Assembly: GCA_964016885.1 (NCBI GenBank)
Contig: OZ024745.1
Span: 61,504,001 to 61,568,000, forward strand
DNA length: 64,000 nucleotides
Origin: Eledone cirrhosa
Taxonomy: Eukaryota
Direction: 5' to 3'
Position 1 is the stretch's first letter. Each line of letters begins with the position of its first letter. The position numbers and the translations under genes were made by a program. The notes beneath the pieces are model-generated. The model was not told the DNA's origin, did not search any database, and saw only the letters and a list, made by a program, of their open reading frames with translations. Shown here piece by piece: positions 1 through 13,228 of this stretch.

Positions 1-83
1 GCGGCACATAAGTGATTTTCATCGTCATCACCATCATCAGACAAAGGCATACATACATACCCATATTGTGTTCCCGCACCTTC

Positions 84-712
84 AATGATTGTTTCTGCTT
101 TTGGCACAAGGTCAGCAATTTTAAGGGAAGCGGAAAACGATTAAATGGAGCCCAGTGTGTTACTAGTACTTTATTCTTTCGACCCAAGATGAAAGGCAAA
201 GCTGAACTCAGCGGGATTTAAACTCAGAACGTAGATGACCGTAATTATATACCACAAAGCATGTTATCCGATGCTCAACCGATGCTGCCAATCTACCGCA
301 CTTCCGCACCATCAATAATTGTTTCTACTTTTGCCACAAGGCCAGCAGTTACCCAATGCATTACTGGTACTTTATTTTATCGACCCCCGTAAGGATGAAA
401 AAGGGAAAGTTAACCTCGGCGGGATTTGAACTCAGATCATAAAGGGCCGCAACTCTATGCTGCAAAGCATAGCGTCCGACGCTCTACCGATGCTGTCAAT
501 CCACCGCCTTTCCTACCATCAATAATTGTTTCTACTTTAAGCACAAGGCCAGCAATTATCCAGTGCATTACTGGTACTTTATTTTATCGACCCCGTAAGG
601 ATGAAAGGGAAAGTTAACCTCGGCGGGATTTGAACTCAGATCATAAAGGGCCGCAACTCTATGCTGCAAAGCATAGCGTCCGACGCTCTACCGATGCTGC
701 CAATCCATCGCC
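84..712 (-). mobile_element. Three head-to-tail copies of tRNA-derived SINE (family A): 84-299, 314-508, 521-712
   Basis: Reverse complement shows an A-box-like TGGCAGCATCGGTAGAG, a B-box GAGTTCAAATCCC, a central TTTCATCCTTACGGGGTCGATAAAATAAAGTACCAG and a tail GGCCTTGTGC..AAAGTAGAAACAATTATT. The same unit recurs across the window. Confidence 0.9.
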
Positions 713-1098
713 TTTCCTACCATCAATAATGATAGTAGAAATATTTATCGTAATTAGGTATTAAATTAAATAAATTACAAATTTAAATGTTAGTTCGCAT
801 CGATCACTCGTCACAAATGCAGCCTTTTCATTTTGATAAAAGTGATTCGCTACACGGCCCTAGAATCGAGTCGATAAAAAAGATTTTGCTTGAACGTCAG
901 TGTTGGTTCGAATCTCATTGTAGGTGCTGTGGTAGGTTGTTTTTACTCCGCCTCTGTCTATCACTTCGGGATATCTTGTAGAGGAATACATATATTGTAT
1001 TGAACTACATAAACAGCAAAATCAAATATGTCAGTGAGAGATCTTATCGTTTGTACGTGACAAATAATAGTTTTCTCTTTTCATACATTTGTATATAA

Positions 1099-1146
<48 letters not shown>

Positions 1147-1150
1147 TACT

Positions 1151-1232
<82 letters not shown>

Positions 1233-2160
1233 TATATATAGTAGCAGAAAAACCTCCTAGAGGGTGGTGATAATTTTGGGTTTCAATGTAAAATTTCTAG
1301 ATAGCAAGATTAAAAGCGATTTTTGATTTGAAATGACAGATTAGAATATAAGAAAATCTGGCTATGAGCAGTAATGTAGTAATGATGTTCTGCCGCTTTC
1401 TAGAATATTTTGTTTTTTTTAGTTTCCTCTCTATTCAGAGGAAGAATGATAACGCCCAGAGCTTCTATCATTTCTGCTTATTGTTAATTTATGAAGTCGT
1501 TGAGCGTCAGTTTAAATGCTTTCCAGGATTCAATTTATCTCAACACCATTCTCATTGGGATGCATCTTGTGTTTCAAATCTCAAGAGTCAATAGAACTAA
1601 TACAAGTATTATCGCGAAATTGAATCAGTTGGTTCTACTGTTCCATTTGAAATATTAATCCAATGTCCAAGTAATACGCAAATTATAAATAATAAAGTGG
1701 TTGTTCTTTAGCCTTAGGCCAGCTCTGATGAGCAGACCTATAATTAAAGGTATTTAAGCTGTTAGTCTGTCTATTTTAAAGACGTGGGAATGTGATTTAA
1801 AGGGGACTTGACGGCCATTTCTATCTGATTAAGCAAGCTATATAAATAATAATTATAGTTGGAAGAAAAACAAAGGGAGTTCTAGTGGTATATACAGACA
1901 GATTCGACAAAATGTTCAGTACGGGATCTGGGAGTTGAAAAGAACGAAGAGATTCAAGGTGAAGCAAGGGTTAAAATATTTGGTCAAGTATGGGATCAAA
2001 GCTCTTTGTTGTAGAGGCTGATGTTGTTGCTGTTTAACAGTTAGTTAGTCCCCATCTATAAGACCTGAGTTCAAAAGCATTCAAACCGTGGCCAGCCAGT
2101 CGTTTTTATATCAAGTTTCTCATTAACTAATTTATTCATTATTATTATTTCTTATTGTAA

Positions 2161-2377
2161 GGGTGGTGGATTAGCAGTATCGGTAGAGCGTCAGACACAA
2201 TACTGCATAGAGTTATCGCCCTTTATGTTCTGAGTTGAAATCCCGTCGAGGTTAGCTTTGCCTTTCATCCTTACGGGGTTGATAAAACAAAGCACCAATA
2301 ATGCACTGGGGTTGATTTAATCGACTTTCCCCTCACCTAAAATTTATGGCCTTGTGCCTAAAGTAGAAACAATTATT
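2161..2377 (+). mobile_element. tRNA-derived SINE family A, full length (long-tail variant)
   Basis: GGTGGATTAGCAGTATCGGTAGAG head, GAGTTGAAATCCC B-box, GCCTTTCATCCTTACGGGGTTGATAAAA core, AGTAGAAACAATTATT tail. Confidence 0.9.
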
Positions 2378-3190
2378 GTTTCTTTGAGGACACGACTTCT
2401 TGTTAAGGCCCCTACGACTGGTGAGAAGGAAGAACGTATCATTAAACTGGAGACTTATCTCAAATGTTTGCAACAGTGGACACCCTCTAAGTAGGCCATG
2501 GCAGGATTTGAACACAGAACTCAAAAGACTAGAATCATTACAGCACATCCTATCTAGCGCTCTAATGATTTTACTAGGCAACTGCTCTTGACTGGCATTT
2601 ATTAGTTTGCGAAGAATGGAAGCCGAAATTTATGCCAGCGGTAATTGAATTTAGAACCGAAGAAGTCGGAATAAATATCGCAAAACATTTTATCGGTAAT
2701 GTGTTGTTTGAAAGGGATTTTGGAACTATTTCTAGCAAGTCGAGACAGCAAAAGGCAATCTCGTATAGTAGTGGTTTGTTCTTGTTGCTGTTTTAGTAAG
2801 AAAGACCGATATAGCAGAGTGCACAAAATATTAAACCAATTATCCACGTGATATGAGCTGAAATCCTCTTACTGTTTCGTTGTACAATACACTTTATTGA
2901 ACCTTACTTTTTTGGATTTTTTAAAGGCGTTAGTGAAGTAGAGAATGGCAAGTGCCTCATTTTCCCAGGGCCATCGAGTTTTGTGGGGTAAAGAAGGAAG
3001 CTATACTCAAATTAGAAACCCAACACAAATGCTTGCAACATATTTTGCTCCATTTATGACCCCTAAAGTACGAGAAGGCCGAGTTAAACCGGTCGATGCA
3101 TATTCTAGAAGTGATACCCAGCATTTGGTACCAAATATGCAGATTAAGAAACATACATTTCAAAGCCCCCCCCCCCCCCCCGAGTACCAC

Positions 3191-3271
<81 letters not shown>

Positions 3272-3353
3272 CGTGTGTATAATGGTAGCTATGGTGCTTC
3301 CATAGGCGGTATGCCAAAATTAGCACTCAATATTCATATAGAGCAGAGTGTGG

Positions 3354-3585
3354 ATAGTATAAAAAAACGAAAATCAGTGATGCATCTGGACTCAGTTTAT
3401 TGCGTGTTACAATTGTTTCGCAAATTTGCTCCGAACGAACTGCCCGTGTCCGAAGGAACCTGCAGCCGTAGAATCAGCCAGATCCATACAGTGATCATGT
3501 CTCGAGCTACCTGCCTGCGAAACAATTGTAACACGCAATAAACTGAGTCCAGATGCATCACTGATTTTCGTTTTTTTTATACTAT
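3354..3585. repeat. ~69-bp inverted repeat (3354-3422 / 3516-3585) ending in (TA)n
   Basis: Arms are reverse complements apart from one homopolymer indel. A related diverged sequence occurs at ~63870-63966. Confidence 0.9.
3445..3535 (+). ncRNA. Variant minimal hammerhead ribozyme motif (CCGAAGG core)
   Basis: Stem I CGTGT/ACACG flanks CCGAAGG ... GAA-ACAATTGT-A (palindromic stem III, GUA site), followed by AATAAA. The 5' core deviates from CUGANGA. Confidence 0.5.
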
Positions 3586-4036
3586 ATATATATATATATA
3601 TAGATATAACATACTTTATACACACGCATGCACATACATACGTATATTTATTTACAGAGTAAGATTTACATTCGAAATAGAACATATATATATATATATA
3701 TAATATACAGAAGCAGAAAGAAAACCATAGTTAATAGTCACAAAATGATGTTTCTTTACCCCCCCCCCCCCCCCCCCCCCAACAAAACCTTATCTTCAAC
3801 TGTCATTGTTTCTGTTTTTCCCACTTTCATTTCATTAACATTTCCAATCTTTCTCCATCTCCTTTCTTGAATCCAATCTATTTTTTTAACAGGGAGAGCT
3901 CGGAATTGAAATATCTTTGTTCGTCGTGGAATAGTCTAGGATAGATTTTGATCTCCGTGCCAAGTTTTGAGATTTGTTGAGATATTGTGACGTTATTTCA
4001 AGCAAACAGAAAACCTCCGAGCGTATTCTAAACACA

Positions 4037-4166
<130 letters not shown>

Positions 4167-4922
4167 AATGAATTTCACAGCTCACACTTATGCAGAATTA
4201 ACTGGCCTCATACAAGGTCTCACATAGGTTTCTGGAGTTTCTTTTATTGGTAGATGCCACAATCCTATCATGAAAAGTAACAGGAAATGAAGAACATTGC
4301 TTATGTATTTCTCTCTCTCTCTCTATATATATATTTATTAAAATAACAGATAAAAGTTTAAGAAATTGGCTAATTTCTTCTAAAGTAAGGAAAGAGAGTG
4401 AGAGAGAAGAAATGAGAAAGAGATATAGAGGAATAATTGACTCCAGTACTGAACTAGTACTTTATTTATCGACCTGGGAAAGTTTCATGTGCGTCTTTAT
4501 GAAATATTTTCTTGTATATATTTAAACGACCTCACTTATTTTTTCTCAGAATACTTTGAAATTATTTCTCAATGTCTTTCTAACGGTAGCAAAAGAGGTG
4601 TCGAATCACCAAAATATCTACCTGTCCTGCAAGGTAAATCGTGGTGAAGATACAATATTTTCTTTATGTCGTGTATTTGAGGTTCATTCTTTCTCTTCTT
4701 TAGTAATTCGCACACACACACACACACACATACACACACACAAAGAATTACAGGCTCCGGCTGCCGGTTGATTTCATGTGCACTCCCAGTGGTAAAATAT
4801 ATTATGTAGATGAACTAAAATTGTGGTGTGTAGGTTTATGTGCTCTATGTATGTATGTATGAATGTATACATGTCTCTGCATGTCTCTCTCTCTTTGTCT
4901 TCCTGTCTCTCACCCTCTCACT

Positions 4923-4988
<66 letters not shown>

Positions 4989-5214
4989 ATTCCTACATAT
5001 ATTCGTTTGTTAGAGCCTAAAGCTTCCATTTGTTGCTACTTTGAATTTCTTGTATCATATTCTTAGATGACTGTAAATGTGTGAGCATGTGTCTGTCTGA
5101 CCATGTTTCTGTGTGCGCATGTGAGTATGTGTACTTGTGCGTATGTCTGTGTGTTTGTGTATGCATGTGTTAGGGGTATGTTGGTTTTGAATGGTAATTT
5201 CTTCCATTAATCAT

Positions 5215-5900
5215 TAATCAACACTCTGCCGTCGGATACTCACAATTTATTCAGGACTTAATGTATTTACAATTCACCCGAATCAGAAATTTGTTTACAT
5301 GACCTTTGATGTGTAGATGATACAATGTTTTACCTTTCGGCGGAAATTTTATTAGTAAAAAAATGTGAAATAAATATATTAATGAACTTTTTTTAATCAT
5401 TTTTGTGAGAGGAAGAGCATCAGTACCAGTGACAATGGAAGTAGTGCATATCTGACTTGAAATGTCTAGTTTATATGCCAATGATGCATGTGTGTGAGAA
5501 GTTATTAGAACAGTGAAGGGTAGTGTCATCTGCATAGGTGTGTGTTTGACTGGAAGTAAGAGTGTGTAGAATAAGAAGTGTGTGAGGGTAATATTACTAC
5601 AGTTAATAGAATGTGGTACGGAGAAGGACCCCAACCAAGCATCTAATGATTTAGTAATTTCAAAGCAGAGGTTTCAATCCAAGAGATGGGAAGTGAACTA
5701 ATCTCGAAGGCGGGATATTTTACTTGTACGTTTTCTGTCAAACACAGTAGAAAACCTGTTGCTAATGTCAAAGTGATTAACATTGTTTCTGTTGAGGTTG
5801 CTATGACAAAGCGACCACCGTCGTTATGAAAGACAATGTTCAATAGATCTAGATTTACTGAAGCCAAAACGAAAAAGAAGCTGAATATAAAATGCAAGTA
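5215..5900 (-). pseudogene. Decayed CR1/Jockey-group LINE reverse transcriptase fragment
   Basis: Minus strand reads ...TYADDTTLHCS (RT YADD motif, ~5515-5545), with frameshifted upstream RT-like segments. Confidence 0.6.
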
Positions 5901-7339
5901 GTTAATGACTCTCTACGTTACGTTAGACATGTCGGAAGTGAGAGTGACAGGGTCGTAGCTTGATGCATCAGGAAGGTTTCGAATTATTGACATGTCACAC
6001 GTTGTTGTATGTTTTCAAAAGTTGAGATTTAAAGTTAATGCCATCTCGGTTTCCTAAAGTGTTATTTGCAAAACTCTCTTCTTGTCTCCAGTTCGTCGCA
6101 AGATTAATGCCACACTACCCCTTGTACACATTGTTTCAGCTGTGAGGACTACATCAGTCTGAAGTAAAATAACTTACTCAATGACTCAATGCATCACCTA
6201 GTCCGAGAATCTAATCTCCGACCTTACAACCACGAGCACAACACTTAGAGTACTATGCTATATGTCTTCACATGTTGGGATAGTTGTATGTAAAAAAGCG
6301 ACATATTGATTAGTTTTGCGAGAGTAGAGTACAACTCTTGATCACACTGTTAGACTGTGATAAAACGAGAAGATTACATTTTTAGCTTGTAAAGGTTTTC
6401 ATACTTGTTGAATGGTGTGTGATATTTTAAGTCGGATGAGTTTAGAATCAGATCATGACTAAACAATATTAACCTCAAATAGTGTCCTACAAATCAGAAC
6501 AATTTTCAATTATTTTATAAATAAAAACTATCAATTCCCCACAACAACCTTGAACTCATTTTGACTGAAGTGAATTTTGTAGATGTGCTGTATTTTCTGC
6601 AGCTCTGAAAGTCATGTTTTCCCTTAAATTGAAATATTTATAAGAGAAATAGGTAAGTATACACCACATGTTAGACGTGTGATAACGTGCAGAAATAATA
6701 TTTAAGGAAAAGGAAAAAAAGAAAGAAGAAACAGGAAACAAAAGAAAGAGAAGAAAAAAAAAACGCGGAAGGATTTTTAAAGGTAGAATTATTTTCTCTC
6801 AGGCAGATTTTTGAATAAAACAATGTTTTGTCATGGACATATACACCGTGATAGAGTGAAAGAAGAAGAAAGCGAAAGAAAGAATAAAACAGGAAATGGT
6901 GTGTAATAGAATCAGTTTCTCGGTGAATAGCAGTGTCAACTATCGCGTGTGAGGAAAAATTCAAAATCAATTATAAGCCGATTCTTATGGGGCGACCTGA
7001 CCGTATTAGGAAAATAGGTGGTTGAGAGAATTTAGATGACAGGGAAGGTGTGCTTAAGATATATGATGTATAGAAGAAATGGAACAAAATGGTGATAACA
7101 TTTTCAGCAAATTGAATTGTTTAAAGGAATTCCTATACGTTACTACTCTAAAGCCATTGAAATGTCGATAACTTGCAGATTCCTAAATTTAAATGAAGTT
7201 AATTATTCTTCTTCAGTTAGTCTTTCGAGGTCAAATGCTGAAAGATATATTTTGACAAACGGTTGATTGGGCTCAACTAAAATATTCCTGGAGAGGTAAA
7301 GTTACATACAAGTGATGTTTTTCCATGAACACACACACA

Positions 7340-7497
7340 CACATATAGTTGCACCTAGAAATTTCCATTCCGAGGCACAAGTCTGGGCAAGGTTGTTTGT
7401 GGAAAACCAACAGTCGCCCATGCATACCAGTCTTATTTCTACAGCTGAATAAACTGGATCAGCGTGAAATAAAGTGTCTTGCTCAAGGACACAACAA
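7340..7497 (-). mobile_element. CORE-type SINE fragment (family B)
   Basis: CGTGAAATAAAGTGTCTTGCTCAAGGACACAAC is identical to 62641-62673. Confidence 0.7.
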
Positions 7498-7704
7498 TCC
7501 AACATGCGGCTGTTCTGTACTTGAACAATTTAAAACAGAAAAGTTATCAAACCAGATTTGTTTCTTTCATTTGTCATTTGTACCGTACATTTCAATAGTG
7601 AGATTGAAATCATGCATCAAAACACTTCCAAAAACACTTCGTGTCTGCAGCCATAGTCCTGTTCTGTGGTACAATTTTTCCTTTGTTATTATGTTTGAAC
7701 AAAA

Positions 7705-8340
7705 CCATTGATTTCGAAAAAAACCTTGACAGTCTGTATGGAGAGTTTTTCTGGAAAATTCTTCAACACCCCGGTTTTCTCGTTAGCATTATCAGGCCGT
7801 GGTATGAAAACTTCGAATGTCAGGTCATTCGCATTTGTGAACTCTAGCAACAATTTAGAATGGACACTAGAGTCAAGCAGGGATATATCTTGTCTCTAAT
7901 ATTGTTTTCCTTGGTCACGGATTGGTTAGTGTGAAGCATCACAAAACAAATTGACAAAGTATTCAATGACTGCCGAAATCCAATATCCAGCAAAAGCGAG
8001 AGATTTTCGTCGTCCGAACTGCTAGGACCATGGGAAAAGAAGATGAAGGAAGAACGACAGAATCAGCAACTCAGTCACCATAGACAACAAACTACTTGGG
8101 GATGTGGAAGACTTCCAGCGCGTAACAAAGTAACAATAAGGGCAGCAACGTAGCAAAAGATGCTGACTGTGACCTAAAAATCAACGCTAGAATCAGCAAA
8201 GTCTATCAAACCATTGGCTTCCTCAAACCGGTTAGGAAATCCTTCGGTCACAACATTCAAACAAAATTACAAATTTTCAAGAGTAGTGTTCAATACGACT
8301 CAACGAATATTTTGAAAATATTTTGGCTAAAGGAACACGC
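7705..8340 (+). pseudogene. Decayed RTE-clade LINE RT fragment
   Basis: IDFEKNLDSL..WKILQH..LVSIIRPWYENFECQV, then RVKQGYILSLILF..DW and INARISK...TKLQIFKSSV, resembling RTE RT motifs, with frameshifts. Confidence 0.75.
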
Positions 8341-8425
<85 letters not shown>

Positions 8426-8563
8426 GAGAGAGAGACAGACAGAGACAGACAGACATACGTACCTGTTCACATATATTTGAGATGCTGGGAGGGGTTAAAG
8501 ATCGATTATTATTGGTTGAGAGAAATATAGAGAAAAGTATATATTGAGAAAAAATATATAGAA

Positions 8564-8630
<67 letters not shown>

Positions 8631-8838
8631 GTATAGAGAAATAAAATGGAATAAAACGTGTTGGAAGATAAATGAAATGGAAGAAGTTATAAATTCGTTA
8701 ATTCATTAGGCTAGAGGTCGAAAACAGTTTTCAATTTTAAAATAATTCCCAAAGTAGCTACTATATACGACCATACATTTTTTTCTGTCTTGCTTTCTTT
8801 CTTGCTTTCTCTCTTGCGTTCTCTCCCCCCCCCCCCCC

Positions 8839-8913
<75 letters not shown>

Positions 8914-9386
8914 TTTTCAATATATTTTTCTATTAAATAAATTAGTGATGCATTAGCAGTGTTTGCTTTTGATGCTATAGTTTCCTAAAGGTCTAACCTG
9001 TAGATTTTAGCTGTTAATGTATGTGTAAACTAGTTAAAATTAATTAGTTACATTGCGTAGTCATATAAGCTGTCTTTTGGCTTATAGAATTTTACAGTAA
9101 ACATAAAAACGAGGGTTAGGCTAGTATGCTCTCACTGGTAACTGTTTACTGATCACTGTGAAATTCTATTTAAATTCTCTATTATAAATCGCTTTATTAA
9201 ACCAGGCACAATGATTTGAATGTTTGACGCATTCTTGACAGTAAGTTCAATTAAATATATTACTGACGCTTTGGCAGTGAAATTGTATAAATAAAAAGAC
9301 AGCCTTACCACACTCCAATGTATTTATTTAATTAGTTTACACTACAGTGATGGCTAAAACGTATAAGCATTTCCTATAGTATATTA

Positions 9387-9970
9387 CTAGCAGCGGTCCC
9401 CGGCGTTGCACGGGATAAGGTATTGTGAAATATATAACCGCTTTAGCTAAGCTTAGTATTGCCACAACCACGGCTGGCAAAGAAGTAAGGGTCTGGTGGT
9501 ACGTAAGTAAGCAACACTGTGGCTTAAAACGTGAGGAAGAAGTTGCGTGCACTTACCAATTGTTTGGGGACTGAGTGTGAGATTTGTCTTGAGCAAGGGT
9601 GGCTGAATAACCGGAGGCAGCAGACAGCCAGACATACAGACAGATATTATAAGGGCGCGTTTTGGACGCAGAGCGAATTGTAGGAAGTAACGTAATGCAG
9701 CCAGCCAGACATACAGACAGATATTATAAGGGCGCGACATTATATGTATGTATCTATCTAAAAAGAGAAAGACTAAGAATTATAGAGAGAGATCGCTAAA
9801 TCGCCTAATGCGGTCTCTAGGGCATTGAAAATTTGAAATTACTTTTGCTCAGAACACTCCCTGAAACATAAGTATTACATGTGTAAAGTTTGAAAACAGT
9901 CGGTTGGGTGGTTCTCTAGTTTTAGGGATTCAAACACACAGACAGACATCCTCAGTTTTATATATATAGA
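9387..9970 (-). mobile_element. Non-autonomous Helitron
   Basis: Minus strand starts TCTATATATATAAAACTGAGGATGTCTGTCTGT and ends with hairpin CCCGTGCAACGCCGGG followed by GACCGCTGCTAG|T. Confidence 0.75.
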
Positions 9971-10519
9971 CTAGCAGAAAACCACCCGGTGGGCGGTTTT
10001 CTGCTAGCAAATCTAGTGTATATACTGATATTGTTGAGATTTGGATGAGAAATGTTTTCGGCACCACATGTTCACCGTCTCTCGGTGTGTCTTTTATGCA
10101 TGTATAAATATATATGTTATCTATACGGTGAAATCTTTGAAATAAATATATGTTAAAACAAAAAAGGAGAAAAAGAGATTAGTGACGGAAATATAAACGT
10201 TATGATACATAAACGTTATGATATAACGATGGAAATATATCTTCAAATGGTCCTTGGCATGGTGTCAAGTCAGAACCGCCTCGAACTGGTTACTTCTGGC
10301 TTGTGCAAGGTGTCTCTATAGCAACCAGCGATTCCCTCGGCCTCAGTGACCAAAGTCAGTGGAGAGGGGGAGGTAATGTTTCTATAGCGACAGTGTTTCT
10401 CTTGGTAGTACCAAAGTGGAGAAAGGAATGGGAAGGTAATATTTCTGTAGCACCTACATTTGAGTTTTAGGGAAGGACAGACAGACAGACAGACAAACAG
10501 AGAAATGCCCATATATTTC

Positions 10520-10550
<31 letters not shown>

Positions 10551-11302
10551 TACACACACAGAAATGTATATATATTTCTGTGTGTATATATATATATATT
10601 ACACACACAGAAATGTATATATATTTCTGTGTGTATATATATATATATTTCTGTGTGTGTATATATATATATATTACACACACAGAAATGTATATATATT
10701 TCTTAGAACAAAATTATTATTAATGTTTTGCTGTTCATAACAATTGGAACTGAAAAATTACTTTTGAAATTATTAGTTATTTTACTAATGCTTAGATATG
10801 TAAAAATGAAGCAATGTTTCTAATAATTGTTTCTACTTTTGGCACAAGGCCAGCAATTACCCAGTACATTACTGGTACTTTATTTTATCGACCCCGTGAG
10901 GATGAAAGGCAAAGTTAACCTCGGCGGTATTTGAACTCAGACCGTAAAGGGACGTAACTCCATGCTATGAAGCATGGTGTCCGACTCTCTACAGATTCTG
11001 CCAATCCACCGCCCTAATGTCTGTAGTAATGAGGGAGTGAGAGGGGAGAGAAAGAAAGGCAGAGGTGAAGTGACGAAGTGACTCTCTCCTCCTCCTCCTC
11101 CTCCATCTCCCCATTCGTCACAGCGATAGAGGGGAGGAATGTTAGTGTGTTACAAAGAGAAAGAGTGAGAGTGAGAGAAACAGACAGACTAAAAGAGAGG
11201 GATAGCTGGAGAGAGAGAGAGAGAGATAGCAACCACGCGCGCACGTGTTTCCACTGTCGGACAGACAGACAGAGAAATTGCTGGTTATATATTATAAGGA
11301 GA
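9971..11302 (-). mobile_element. Second non-autonomous Helitron, head-to-tail with the first, carrying a SINE and microsatellites
   Basis: Minus strand A|TCTCCTTATAATATATAACC..TCTGTCTGTCTGTC 5' end. The 3' end CTAG at 9971-9974 lies in a hairpin (CTAGCAGAAAACC..GGTTTTCTGCTAG). Confidence 0.55.
10822..11014 (-). mobile_element. SINE family A
   Basis: Full match to the family A unit. Confidence 0.9.
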
Positions 11303-12881
11303 TGACATCAAAAACAAACACTACCAGAGGTAATACTAGCTTTCACATAGAAACAATTTATTGGCGTGAGGGAGACATATTTCTTTGTTAGTGATTTTAT
11401 AAAAAATAAAACACTACTATAGCATTAGCTTGATCGATACAATGTGCATGAAATTTGGTAGACAGAAACTGTGTGAAAGACTGTCATCTATGCCTGTTTA
11501 TATTGGTGCAAATCGGTCTAAACTCATAGTCCTAAAATTAGTAAGCCTTGATAATTCTATACAAACACAGTAATTCAATAAATAGGGATCGATAAAATGA
11601 ATACAAAATAAAGTACCGGGGGTGATACAAGTAACTAAGCTCACGATACTCAGTTGACGGTACTTCGCCTCCAATGTGCTGTCAATGGACTTGCAAAAGG
11701 GATGAAACGTAATGCTTCTGAATTTCTCTGCATTCTCTAGGCCTTTAATTTTGGCCTCAATAAAATAAGTACCAGCTAAATATTGAGAAGAATTTACTTG
11801 GGGTCAAATATTTGTGCTCGTGTCTATATCTGTTGGGTTTAATAATTTAAATTCAATTCTGCCATTTGACAGTCAATATTGGGTCTTTGTAATCTCTTTG
11901 ACAATGTTCCTTGCATTAGAATCTATTAACTCACGCTCAGTCCTTTCTTTAATAAAAGTTAGGTCTTGTAGGTGTCCCAACCTAGTGGTTTAATGTTTCT
12001 CTCAAAACGAGAAAATATCTTGCAATTGAGATTTCAATCAATAGAAATTACATACTTTGTAACACAAACACACCACGTAGTAGTAATATGAAATTCATCT
12101 CAAAGCTGGTGATAAATATGATATGATACACAGTATGGTATCTTAGTATACAATGGTATCTTAGTATAACGCTTAATAGATTTGGTAAAGAGTTTTGTGG
12201 GAAAGAAGAAAACGGAAGACAGACGAGGGTAAAATGAGAACAAACCGGATTAACAGAAACACCAGTTTATTATCAGCTATCCATTTGGCAACAATACGAT
12301 TTCAGTTTTTTTTTATTTGGGAAAGATTGTTCATCTCAGTACACTAGAAGCAAACAGAAATTAATTTCTAGCGATGGAAGTACAAGAGGAGACGATAAAA
12401 TACGATAAAACAAGACAATTTGTCTTTCGGCCGAAGTAGAAAGGAAAAGAAAGCAGAATAAATAGGTAGAATCCCAGGATGCACCAAACTGAAATTAAAA
12501 TGCAATGATAACAAGATATAACATAATGTGCAGCCAGGGCATCCGTGTAGGAAGACGAGAAAGATAAACAAAATCTTTCGGACTGAGATCCTTGATCTGT
12601 AACCATACGCAATAGAAGACACAAAAGACAGTCGGCGTTATCTGTTGGGTGGCCTGGCTAAGAAAGACTGAATGAAAGCGAGAGAATTGGTGGACAAAGG
12701 GAAAAGAGAGATAGATATAGAATAGGAGGGAACATAAAAAAGAGGAGGAGAAGAAGAGAATAAAGAGAAACAGGGGGAGAAAAAGAGTGAGAGAGTGAGA
12801 TAAAGACAAAGAGAGAAAGAAAGGTCTCAGGTCGGTACTAGTTACATGTTAATATATGCATCAAGCAAGCCTACTAATAGC

Positions 12882-13181
12882 AATACTTGTTTCTACGTTT
12901 GGCACAAGGCCAGCAATTACCCAGTTCATTACTGGTACTTTATTTTATCGACCCCGTAATAGCAATAATAATAATAATAATAATAATAATAATTGTTTCT
13001 ACTTTTGGCACAAGGCCAGCAATTATCCCAGTGTATTAATGGTATTTTATTTTATTGACCCCGTAAGGATGAAAGGCAAAGTTAACCTCGGCGGGATTTG
13101 AACTCAGACCATAAAGAACCGTAACTCTTTGCTGCAAATCATGGCGTCCGACCCAGAACCGATACTGCCAATTCACCGCCC
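12882..13181 (-). mobile_element. SINE family A: 3' partial copy (12882-12957), (AAT)n, full copy (12988-13181)
   Basis: Family A tail and core motifs. Confidence 0.85.
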
Positions 13182-13217
<36 letters not shown>

Positions 13218-13228
13218 GAGTAATAATG

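Noticed and set aside
2161-2250. tRNA gene
   Set aside because: A and B boxes belong to a SINE head; no complete cloverleaf
2945-3541. 198-aa ORF
   Set aside because: Runs through a degenerate SINE-like piece, poly-C, (CA)n, (TA)n and the HHR repeat; a chance read-through
3880-4030. Possible splice acceptor and exon after a pyrimidine tract
   Set aside because: All three frames hit stops quickly and no donor or partner exon was identified
12415-12605. HHR-like pieces on the minus strand (CAGATCA-AGGA..TCC-GAAAG; CGAAAGACAAATTGTCTT)
   Set aside because: Core has two or more mismatches or lacks the 5' box; probably decayed relatives but not supportable. The same applies to ~6915-6955, ~16590-16625, ~20580-20625 and ~42440-42535.
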